DNA of 64,000 nt from Lophium mytilinum (lineage: Eukaryota), in the NCBI GenBank assembly GCA_010093605.1, contig MU004183.1, forward strand, positions 2,604,001 through 2,668,000. The letters are read 5' to 3'. Numbering within the stretch: the first letter of the stretch is position 1; each line of letters starts with the position of its first letter. The notes under the pieces are model-generated. The model ran no database searches. It was not told the DNA's origin and saw nothing but the letters and a program-made list of their open reading frames with translations. Below, piece after piece: positions 11,665 to 22,660 of this stretch. The translations under genes were made by a program, and so were the position numbers.

Positions 11665-14600
11665 TCATGTAACAGCACCTCTCCGAGAAACTGATGCACA
11701 ATTCCCGGGGTCTTCAATTTCGTTGAAATGGGGTCTCCGTCGTAGCCGCGGCGCTGGCGTCGACGCGGGTATAGCCTGCTGCTCGCGCACTTTCGGGTTT
11801 GATGCAAGGAAATCTCCTCTGCGGTAGTTTGGCTCACGTTTGCTAGGTAGCAGGTGAGGCTCTGGATTTGCATATGTCCATGAGCTGCCGTTTAGTTGCA
11901 CCGGTTGAGTTGACAAACGCGGTGCTTCTTTCCAAGTGGGTTTTCTAAGATATCGGGGATTCTCGACGGACGTGGGCCAAGCAGGCTTCTTCATTGCGAA
12001 CGACTGATTGTGATGCTGCTTGGCCGGCAATAGTCCTGGTTCATTCTGGACGGAAGGTGGGCGGCTCTGAGTTTGCTCGTAATGACCGGTTTCGTCTGTT
12101 TGTACAGATCGTCCGTGAGTTCCACTGAAGATTCTATGTGTCTGATAGGCTGGCGCTGTGTCTTTGTCCTTTTGTCTCTGTACGAGTATACTAGTAGGTG
12201 TATTATCTACCTCTTGAGACCTTGCAGATGTCGTATCGGACATGGTCGCGGTTGGGTTGGTGATGGTTGATATCGAGAGGGTGTTTGAGGAGTGTCTCGA
12301 GGCTATGTCGCTACTTGAAGCACCAGAACTCAGGTAGATTGGAAGAGGCGACCGTGGGGATTCCACTTGCTGAGAAAGCTGTGGCGGTTGGCGTTGCGCA
12401 TGAGAAGCTCGAGGTTGGGCTGCATTCCGGAAAGGTTTCCATCCCAAATCGTTGATCCAAGACGCTGAGCCTTGTCCGATTATAATAGCCTCTGAGCCGC
12501 TTAGTTTTGGGATAGGCTTTATCTTCCTCTTCCCACTCTTCGGGACGAGCTGCTGAATACGATCACATTTGCAACTATCCGTGTGGGCCGTAGAGCGTGG
12601 ACATCTTTCAAATAAATGCTGAGAGCGGTGTAGTTGAAGACCGGTTAGTGTTACCTGTTCTCTATCCTCTGCTGACCCACTTTCAAGATACATCTCTTCA
12701 AGCGTGGTACTTTGGATCGCGAGGTAGTCTTTGTGTTTTGGCAGTTCCTTGAATTGTTTGCAGAGTCGCACTGAGGGATGTGGGCCGATGATATTCTGAA
12801 GACGGGTACCAAAGAGAATGACCGCGTTGCGATCGCGCGCCAAGTCCGGCCAATTCCCGCAGGTGGACTTCAGCTCAGTTTCCCGCAGACGGGGGTTGAG
12901 TTTCCTGTTTACTAGATCCATGTATTCCCAGCCTTGAACATGCTTTTTCCAGCTTAGCTTCATCTCGATTCCGGTTTCGGTGATCTCTGTTGTCTGCTCC
13001 ATGAATCCCTCAAGCATGGAGTATAGTTCCTGGACAAGGTGCTTGAAGCTTTTAGACTGTAGGCCGAGAGTTTCCATGCTCCTATCGCAAATCATTGGAA
13101 TATCTGCGTTGCTAAGCATTGCCTGTCTCACAGATTGTGGATCGGTCGGATCTGCGGACACAATCTGGACCGTCTGGCTAACCTCAAAACGCCTTAGAAC
13201 GTGCCGGTGGAAAATGATGTGAAGAATCGCGGTTTCTCCATCGGTATACCAGGCACGACGATCTTCCATATCCTGCAAAATGACTGGAATTTGTTTTGCA
13301 TCATCTAGCAGATCGGCATAGAATTGCGCCCTGTCCGCATGATGCATCCCATCCTTTTTCAATATTGCGAACTGCAGACTTCCGGCGCCAAATTGTTGAA
13401 ACCCAACGCTGGCTCCAGTGAGTGAGAGCACTCTCTTAGAAAGGTAGGATGTTTTAGTGTAGCCGACAGAGAGATAGTCATAGTCGTTGCTCGCTGTAGA
13501 CCGGTTAATCAGAGTGTCTTCTCGAAGGATATGAGGAGAATATACGGACCTAGGCGACATAAAGAATCTGAACACCACCCTAAAAAGCATTTGGTAGTAA
13601 CAAGAGCCTCTTCATCAAGCTCTCCAACAGAGAGCCGATCAGGAAACAAATGAACTGCTTCGTGATAGGAAATTCGACCTCCTGGTTTATTCAGAAGATG
13701 CCATTGAACAGAGTCGTTTTCGCGTTTGACTGGAACAAAAAGAAGCGAACGACCCTTGAGAACGTATCCGCCGCGGAAGCAAGTGGCGAGAGGTACGTTG
13801 GCAAGCGCTGCCATAATCTGCAAAGGAACTTCAAGGCCGGCCGCATTAGGGTGACGCTCCGGAATAGGAAAACTGGCGACCACAACTGAATCTCCAACGA
13901 GATCGTTCCAGCAGCTAGTTGGCTCTTCGGGAAGGAGAGGTAGGACTTCGTATCGTATCTGGAACGTCGGCTTTGGTGAATGATCAATATCTGTCAGATT
14001 TAACTCGGTGAAATTGGTGTACGAATGTGCTAATTGCCCAAGGGAAGTTCGACAAGCTGCTCCCAGCCATGCGAGCTGTTGACCAACTGCGACGATGAAA
14101 TCTTCCGAGCCGTTAACGAAGATCTTCATATCCCTCAACGAGATGTAAACTTTCTCTTGCAAAGAATTGTTCTGCTCTAGAATTCAGAAAGATTAGCGTT
14201 TGAGCCGTGGGTAAGCTACGAAGAGTTTACTGGCCACATACCGGACTGGAACTCGAAGTCCCTCTTTTTGATCGCAGTATTCAACGCATCAATCAGTCCC
14301 CATGTGTGAGTTGGCCAGTTTTGCCGTAAATATTCCTCAACCGTAGTCAACTGCGCATTGGTGGGCCCACCTGTGATAGCAATGATTGGACGGAGGTTGT
14401 GGGATGTTTGTGAAGGGTATTGCGCGTCGAGAAAACTCAGTACGTCCCACTTGGTAAAGAACTCCGCCTGAAGGAGGCCACCGCGTGTTGGTTGTATCAT
14501 TCCAGGACGCCGTAAAGCTAGTAGAATTCGGTGGTGAATCAGTTCCTTTTGATCACAGAACTGCCGCTCCACAATTGTTCTAAGTTCATCCACTAGCTCT

Positions 14601-16927
14601 GAGAACGCCGGATGCTCAGTTAGATATGTATATACAGTTTCGTCTTCTGTATTGATGTCATTGCTATCACCTTGATCCTGGGAATCGCTTTGACTCCAAC
14701 TGTCTGCATCTGTGAGGGACGACCCACCAATTTCACTAAGTGGGTTGGGAACAGTGTTGGCGATCGCATATGCAACTGGAACGCTGGAGAGCTCCTCCGC
14801 AAACCGATGCAAATATTGAGAGTCTTGACGGTTGTGTAGAGAGTCGTTGATGGCATCTTGGAACGGCTCATATGTCCAGTCACTTACTTTCTCTGCAATT
14901 GACTTCTCGGGAAGATTTTGCTCCTGCGCCTGAATCATGATGCTCGGGTACCTCCGCTCTGGGCGATCGAAGCCCCCCAATGCTTGGTAGTATTTGTTCA
15001 ATATGTCATTTCTGAGAATCCGTATAGCTTTAGACGCTTGCCTCTGGCGAGACCGCCGAGCAGCCCCTTCCATGACTTGCTTTGAGTAGCCCTTGATACA
15101 ATTTTTAAACTGCCGACGAAAAGTAGATTCTTCGAAAGCCTTGTCATGAGAGGTAAAGCATTTACTAGGTAAGTCTCGTATAAGTGCTCCCGAAAATTTG
15201 TTTATTACATCCGCCCGTTGCTGAGAAGTTAAGATGATGACCGAGTCCGCTGATATCGTAGATTGGCCATCAAATACAGAAGCTTCGGTATATCCAGTTA
15301 TATCCGCTTCCGATTCTTCAATTATGCGATGCCGTACGATCTGAGTTTTGTCGAAAGTTCTTGTTGGCTCGCCGGAGAAGGTGGTCGGAGCAGTCGACTC
15401 TGTGCCTCGAAATGACGAGCTTCTCAAGGTGTTGAACTCAGTTCCTCTAGAAGATTCGGCGAAAGCATTACCACCATGAGTTGAAGGTGGGCTACTAGGT
15501 ATATCAATTTGGGGAACGAGGAACGGTCTAGAGTTGCCAATGCGCCGGATGAGATGATCTAGGCGTTCGTATTCGGAGTCTTCATCAGTCGTCTTGACTA
15601 ACAAATCAGGAGTAAAGAACCCAGCTTTATACCAACCCTGCATTTCAATTCCTGAATAAGGGCCTCGAGTGTCACCTTGAGGATCTTGATAGATCCATCG
15701 TATCGTGTCATCCATGACCGTGGTCCGTTGCTGCGCAGCAGGTATATAATTAGACGCAGGGCTCGTTTCGTTCTGAGACTGTGCAGACGTAATTGCAGGC
15801 TGTAACTTTTCGCTCGGCACTGTCCTGGAGACACTGACTTCCTTTCTGAGATCAAAGCCGTGCTGTAATCTGTCAAGTTGAGCCTCTAATTCCTGGATGG
15901 CCTTCTGTTGCTCGTCGAATCCGGCGACGTTCTTTCGTGCTTTGTATAGATCCCTGATTGTCGAGACGGCCTTCCTTTCGTCCACTATCTTCATTCTACC
16001 CGTATTGATGTGCTTCTCAAGACGGTCAATCTCCCGGTCTACGTCGTTTACAGTTTGGAAGAGTGACTGTGCTTTGGCATCATCAAGTTCTTTCTGGCGG
16101 TTCTTAAAGTCCTGAGTGAGCTTTCTTATCTGCTCCAAAACTTTGCGGTCTCCTTGAGTGGGTTTTGTCGGTCGTTTGAGAGGTTCCCCAAAGATTGCAT
16201 CATTTCGATTGTTGGCACTGTCTAATTCGCGAATGATCTCTTCCTGTCTCCTCACAAGAAGGTCTAGTTCTTCCTGTGAATTTGAATCGGAGGGGAAGTC
16301 GCCTGAACGACCGTGACCGATCTTAGGCGTGAATGGGGTGAGGGAACCGAAAGTGAGGTTGCCCGGACGACGGCCACCCGTTTGAGGCGTGGCCAATCCT
16401 TCCTGTCCTCCTGGACCCAAGTTGTGTGAGACCTCAGTCTGCCCAGTAGCTGCGTTGCGTTTGGTATGCAGGTGGCTGAGTACCTCTTCTAAGGTTCCCG
16501 GTCCTTTACCACTTCCTCTACTCCCTTCTTTATCGTAGAAGGACTGCGCCTTTTTCCTAGATTTCTCAACAATCTCCTTTTGCTTAGCCGTATCCTTTGT
16601 CATGATGGGAACAAGATCCGTTGGTATCGGAGTCCCGAGCTTGAAATCCGCAGAAAACTTCTTCAGATCGTTGAGTTTGACGGCCTTGGACTCTCTCGCC
16701 ATGGACCTTTGCCTCTCTTGTCTCCTGAGCTTATCTGTAGCACTAAAGTGCTTGAAGGAATCGATTAATTCATCGTTCACGTACGTTGTCGCATCCCTCT
16801 CATGTGGTAAAGCGACTACTAGCGTGGGCCTGGACGAAGCCGTATCCAGCTGTGGTTTCTGAGAGAGACCATGCCGATCGGCATCTTCGACGCCGTGGCC
16901 ATTCGCATTGTCGCTCGGAGCCAACAT
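11665..16927 (-). CDS. ~1713-aa chimeric protein: N-terminal Pbp1-like, Bfr1-like and GYF modules + conserved fungal uncharacterised domain (often seen with Pfs/NLR-like proteins) + disordered tail
   Basis: Three ORFs join in frame via introns 14241-14177 (GTATGT..GCTAAT..TAG) and 13549-13494 (GTCCGT..CAG). Exons are 16927-14242, 14176-13550 and 13493-11665 (5142 nt). Core motifs: AQLTTVEEYLRQNWP, VGQQLAWLGAAC, CWNDL, GLEVPLQIMAALA, QWHL, GWEYMDLV. Confidence 0.85.
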
Positions 16928-17922
16928 CGCGGATCAACCAAAAACCGACAGAAAATAGTAAGAGACCCCGAAAATGAGATGAAAATTAGGAAGCCAGAAA
17001 CCAACCATTATCCGAGGTTAGAGCGCCAGCAATATAGGCATTCAGCCAGCTGCTCAGCCTCAGCCTTGCTCCGCCCCCGCCATGTTTGCCCCGCCTACAT
17101 GATTGGCAGATCATGGAACTCGCCAAGCTATGGGCACGGAGTTTCGTACGCGCTGGAAACGATAGCCCCCAGGGGTGTTTACGGAGGAATTGAGTTCTGC
17201 AGCTAGAGGGGACATGGAATTTCTTCTGGTCTTTCACATTGAGGTCCGGTTATTTCCGTCGACATTGCTTCAGCCTCATCTCAATCTCACCTCACTCTAA
17301 TGACCCAGAAAGGGGTTGCCATGGCATACGCCATTGGAACTCACATGTGGTCTGTCGAATCGCGTTCTAATGTGATAGATATTCTGCGCTGAAGTGTGAT
17401 TGCGGGAGGCTGACCAAGGCAGTCTTAGACTTGGCGAGCTAATGCATGTGCGTCAAGGTCACGTGTCGTTATCAAACTGCGATATATGATATCATCTAAG
17501 CTTACACAGTTGCGTAACATATCTGATAAGTAGGGCGATGAATTCTTCCCTTACATCTCAAGTCGTGCCAGGTAGGTTCGCTCCTGTTTCTTCTCACAGA
17601 AGACGGCGAGCTGGCTTTAGAAGCTACAAGGGTAAAATAACGCCTCCAACCGCCCAACGGCACTTAGCTCCCGTCCAATAAGATGACTAGAGCCAAAAGG
17701 GGAGCTAATACGTTAAAATTGGTAAGCATAAGCTAGCGCGCCAATTGACGCGTCTCTCTATGCAGAAACTAATTTTATATATAACCGTCTTACACTCGCT
17801 ATATAAGATGCTGAACACGCCCACTTTTTAAACGCTTCATTTTCGTCCTGTGACATTACGAGAAGCTGTGGAACAGGCGGAGCGTTCTCAGTCAGCCATA
17901 TCTGCAATTTACTTTACAAACC

Positions 17923-19053
17923 ATGGGTTCGTGGTTTTCTACCCCCTGGAATCCGGAAAGTGGCATACCCGATCTCAGTGGAAAGGTCGCCGTGGTAACT
18001 GGAGCAAAGTGCGTCATCTTGTCGCTTTCCAAACAGCCAGCTGATAAGAACGTAGTACTGGAATAGGCTATGAGATCGCTGCAGGGTTGGCTCGCAAAGG
18101 AGCCAAAGTTTACCTGGGAGCTAGAAACAAGAACAAAGCAGAAGCTGCCATCGAGAAACTCCATGCAGAAAACCTGACAATTCCCTATGGAAGTCTAGTT
18201 CCTTTGCCCTCGGACCTAGCGGAGCTCCATGAAGTCGTGAAAGCTGCGGATGCGGTCACTGCAAACGAGCAGAGGTTGGATATCCTTGGTAAAACATTTT
18301 GACACGGAAGAGAGACGACCGCTGATCACGACTAGTCAACAACGCCGGCGTAGCTACTTATAGCTATGAAACGACATCAGCTGGATTTGAGATGACCATG
18401 GGAGTAAAGTAGGGCATGCCGCCCTCAAGTTGATGATTCCAGCTGACGGAGCCAGCCATCTAGCCCACTTTCTCCTCACAGTCCGTCTGCTACCGCTCCT
18501 GAAGCGTACGGCCGTAAAGAAGGACTCGGACGTCAGAATCGTCAACGTCGCCTCCCCAGCCCACTCCATGCTGACCCCGGCCCGCCTTGCCTTTGATAAC
18601 GCCGTCGACTTCAAGTACCCTGGCCCGACATCGTACCCAGACTGGGCTAGTAGACGCGACCTCTTCGCCCGCTACGGAGTCAGTAAACTCGCCGGCATCC
18701 TATTTACCAGCGAGCTGCAGCGCCGCATGGACGCCGAAGAAATACCCCTCATCGCGATGTCGACCAATCCCGGCTTCACCAACACCGCCGGTTCCATGTT
18801 TGCCCTGCCTGGGTGGATGCGGCCAATCATGAGCAGACTTACTGCATCGCCGGCGCAAGGAGCGCTAACGGAGCTGTATGTAGCTGCCGCGCCGGAGGTC
18901 AAGCGCGAAGCGGCGAAGTACAAAGGGAAGTATTTCAATCTGAAGGCGGGACTTGAGACGCCGTCTGCGCTTGCGCAGGATCCCCAGGTAGCGAAGAACT
19001 TGTGGGAGCTGAGTGAAGAAGCTTTAGAGTCGTTTATCAAGCTAGGTAAATGA
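17923..19053 (+). CDS. Short-chain dehydrogenase/reductase (retinol-DH/WWOX-like), multi-exon
   Basis: MGSWFS...DLSGKVAVVTGAN|TGIG, LARKGAKVYLGAR, RLDIL|VNNAG, HFLLT, RIVNVAS, catalytic YGVSK; short GT-AG introns. Confidence 0.9.
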
Positions 19054-19440
19054 GGCTTGATATCTATGGAGGTGTTTGTACGAATTAGATTGGTCTAACG
19101 CATTTCCTGTGTGAACTGTTGACAGATCCTAATGATAGCACTTGTGTAAGACACGACAATGGCCAGCAAATCACGAACATCGTCAACTCGGCCTCCCAAA
19201 GGCCCACGCTTCAGCCAGGTCTCAAAAACACAGAACTATCATCTTTCATAGCTCTCAATCTACCGTCAAATCCTCCACGCTTCATTTCATCTAAACAACA
19301 TCAAATCCCCCTTTCCCGCAAAACTCTCTTCGCACCATTTCAACTCATCCTTTCCAGCAGCCGAGTACATCACCTCCTCACCCTCCCCACCCCCAAAAAA
19401 CACATCCCATCTCCTCCACCAATCCCTATCACATCCACAC

Positions 19441-19878
19441 TCACCTCCTCCCAGGCGCCCCCAACTGCCCCCACGCCCTATTCAACCCCGCCCCATTATG
19501 CCCCCGATTCTGCCCCTCCGTCGGCCGCGCCACTATAGACATCGGATACGCACCATACGGATTATACGCCCCCTGCACAGGCGTCGAGTTCGTCGGCGGG
19601 CCTCCCGCATACAGCGACGGCCCCATCGCCGGGCCCGGGTAAGGGTTCATGCCACGCGGACCCGTGTACGGGAACGGGATGGAGCCCGGTGGTGCACCCG
19701 CGCCGTACATCTGGGATGGTGGTGGGAAGGGGTTGCCGTTGTAGGGCGCTGGAAACGGGGTCGTGTGACTTGGTGGTCCGCCGGCCCGGATTGGAGGGCC
19801 TTGGGCTGGGCCGGGGTAGGGGTTCACGCCGTTGGGGCCGGTGTAGGGCCAGGGGATTGCGCCGGGGGGTGGGCCCAT
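19441..19878 (-). CDS. Hypothetical Pro/Gly/Tyr-rich low-complexity protein with an internal duplication
   Basis: 145-aa ATG ORF with two copies of PPGxIP[WF]PYTGPxGxNPYPGPAxGP..xAGGPP; third-position C bias. Confidence 0.55.
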   Translation of the reverse strand: MGPPPGAIPWPYTGPNGVNPYPGPAQGPPIRAGGPPSHTTPFPAPYNGNPFPPPSQMYGAGAPPGSIPFPYTGPRGMNPYPGPAMGPSLYAGGPPTNSTPVQGAYNPYGAYPMSIVARPTEGQNRGHNGAGLNRAWGQLGAPGRR

Positions 19879-21357
19879 GCCGGGGTTTGGGGAGGGGGGT
19901 GGGAAGGGGTTCGTTGGGGTTTTTGAATGTTCTTTCTTGTGGTTTTTCTTGTGTTGGTTCAGACTGGTGAAAGGATGAGGAGATTTTGACGGTGAAGCCG
20001 AAGGGAAGCTGAAAGTACGTTTTTATACTGCCAAAGGTGTCGACAAAGTGCTGGCTAACTACTGTCATCAACCTATGATGCATCCTCATACCAGTGCTGA
20101 ACTGTTGGACTATCGATGCCGCGTTCGCATTGTCATCGTGATGAGCTGGAAGTGCCGTTAGCAAAGACCCAACCACACACTAGCGGAGTACAAGATCGTA
20201 AGGCAAAGCTCCCAACGGTCCACGTCAATCTCTGAAAACAAGCGGTGGGGCCAAAACGTGGATGCATCTTCAGATCACAACGTCTCTAAGAGAGCTCCCA
20301 AGTGGACGAAAATGTCCTATTCGTGGAGCTCTACAGGTACAGTTTCCTACGAACTTGTTCCATGTTGGTGCAGTACGCGCCAGAATGAATCTCTCATTCA
20401 TTCCGTTCGATCGCCAGGTCCAGCTTATTGCAATCAATAAAGCATCATTCAACAATTCCAAGTGGCTCACATTCAACGTTTATGTAAGATTGGATTCCCA
20501 CATTCCTTCTCGAAATCTACGCTCTCTTACTATCACTATTGGGAGCGCTGTGAATCATGCTAACCACTAGCCGGATTGTGATGGTAGGAGTAGTTCTAGG
20601 CCGCGGAGAATGTGGGCGAGAAAAGGTTGGAGAATGGAATGGAGTGGTGGTACTGGAGCAGGACTGGGGATAAGGTGCGTTATCGGTTTGCCATCAGACT
20701 CTTTGATGAAGAGGCACACTGTGATTTTGCTGACGCTCGGGTTGGGAGTCCAAATTTCCTCTTTCAACATGAACACCTTTCGCAGCGTGTAGTTAAGATC
20801 GAATAGAAGGGTGTTTCAATTTCTGTGCGAGATTTGGTGCTCTCGGAGTTACTAAAAAACTCCGATATAGGAGATGGTAGGTTCGTTGAAGTCCTCTGAC
20901 TTGCAAAATGGAGGATGCGTGGCGGACTGGTGATGACGACCGGCACCACCGATGTCAGACACGACGGCTGAAAAGGTTTCACTGCACCTCCTTCAGCTAC
21001 AATGACAGCTACCCAAAAAGGGAATTGTGAGACCACGGATGCGTTGGTAGCTCGGCAAGACAAGTATCGCTAAGCTGTCGCAGATGAATCGGAGCATGAA
21101 GCCATCTAATCACCTCCGAAGAAGGACTTTCTATCACCGACTAATTCTGAGGTGTCGACACGCTCACGCCCTGTTCGTAACCCACCCCCAATCATTCGGA
21201 AGAAGGTCAATATCCAGACAGTATTGCGAATATCACTGGCGCTCAAAGCCCAACTCACTTCAAAACGTCGCTTCTTTCTATATTTGAAGCTAAGGATTTC
21301 TATCAATACATCTACTAGTACCTAAATAAAGAAAAGAATCCCGAGCACCGTCAGCTA

Positions 21358-21909
21358 TCACCTAAACCCCCACACTCCCCCCGGGCTCCCCTGAATCGGC
21401 CATCCCAAATTGCGATTAATCTCCTGCGACCTCGCTGACCCAGGACCCGCCCCTGATGCCGGAGGCCCATAGCCCTGAAGCGGCTGTGGACGTGCCTGTG
21501 CCTGTGGCTGCTGGTGCCCAGGGACGGGGTGAAACTGCTGCTTCATACGCATATAATTTCCCGGTGAGTTAAAGGGCGTCGTTGAAGGCTGAAAACGACG
21601 ATGCGACAGATCCCACTGGGTCTGGTGATGATGCATATGGGTTTGATTCCATTGGGGACGCCGTCGCATCATACTGCTACCCAGTGTGGGATTGATGGGA
21701 TCTGGGTGACGGTACAAATTTGGAGGCTGAGAAGAGTGTGATGGGACGCGATAGGTAAGGGTCTGGGTTGGGGGGCCCATTGCTGGAGGAAACCCGTGAG
21801 GAGCTGGGTGGAGGTGTGGGTTCAAAGTGTTAGGGGCACGACCAGGAGGAGGGGCAATTTGGGGACTGAATCCTGGCTGACCATTTGGACTGTAGATGGG
21901 AATGGGCAT
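21358..21909 (-). CDS. Hypothetical Pro/Gln/His-rich low-complexity protein
   Basis: 183-aa ATG ORF with an A-rich start context and no recognisable domain. Confidence 0.5.
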   Translation of the reverse strand: MPIPIYSPNGQPGFSPQIAPPPGRAPNTLNPHLHPAPHGFPPAMGPPTQTLTYRVPSHSSQPPNLYRHPDPINPTLGSSMMRRRPQWNQTHMHHHQTQWDLSHRRFQPSTTPFNSPGNYMRMKQQFHPVPGHQQPQAQARPQPLQGYGPPASGAGPGSARSQEINRNLGWPIQGSPGGVWGFR

Positions 21910-22660
21910 TTCTATTGCTTAGTTTTCGAATATGAGATAGAATTCCTATCACTATTCGAGGGGTAGAAATGCTGTGAGGTCAGACGGCGAGCAGTGAATA
22001 GTTTCAGGTGTACTTATATAGGCGGAGTTGAGGATAGGGAAAGACTCCTGAATTGTCGTCCAGCGCAAGTCCACGTTAGAGACTGCGTAGACAGTATGAG
22101 TTAGTTTAGAACTAGCCCTACGTACTAAAAGGATGTAGAGACTCATTCGTATAGCATAATAGCTGTACAATTAGCATCCGTTATGGACCGACTTGTTTGA
22201 TGTTAGTTTCTAGGATCACGAGCTCCGACATCGCGGTGAGTCAGGAGTGTCAAGAATCTTGCAATTGTCCATGAAGACCCCAGGCCTGAAGGTGGGGAAA
22301 TCAAAGCGAGGGAGAAGGGCATCGGAGTGTTGATAGAGATGTGTTGAATGCTCCGGTGGTAAAGTGTTGCTCTTTGGACCTTGGAGAGGGATGAGGTAGT
22401 GTATTCACCATTCGGCGAGAACATGGTGTTCTTTTTGGGGATTTCATCAGAGGTGGAGATATCGTTCACAAGCGTGCTTGATCTGCTACGATAGAAAAAA
22501 GTGCCTGGCGTGAATACGAACGCGTTCGAAAGGTGTTTTTCATACCAACACTAAGCCAACACTAGCTCCGATACAGGTGCTAGATCGCTACATTACCACC
22601 CATCACTACCCATCACTACCCATCACTACCCACATTAGCGAAGTCAGGATATTTAATCAC

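Noticed and set aside
16330..16390. GRRPGNLTFGS as a fourth captured fragment (eIF4G-like FG motif)
   Set aside because: Too short to support without a search.
14216..16927. Calling this ORF the true pbp1, bfr1 or smy2 orthologue
   Set aside because: Only short fragments of each are present, fused to an unrelated domain.
22597..22632. 10-bp repeat cccatcacta x3
   Set aside because: Simple microsatellite-like slippage in a 3' UTR.
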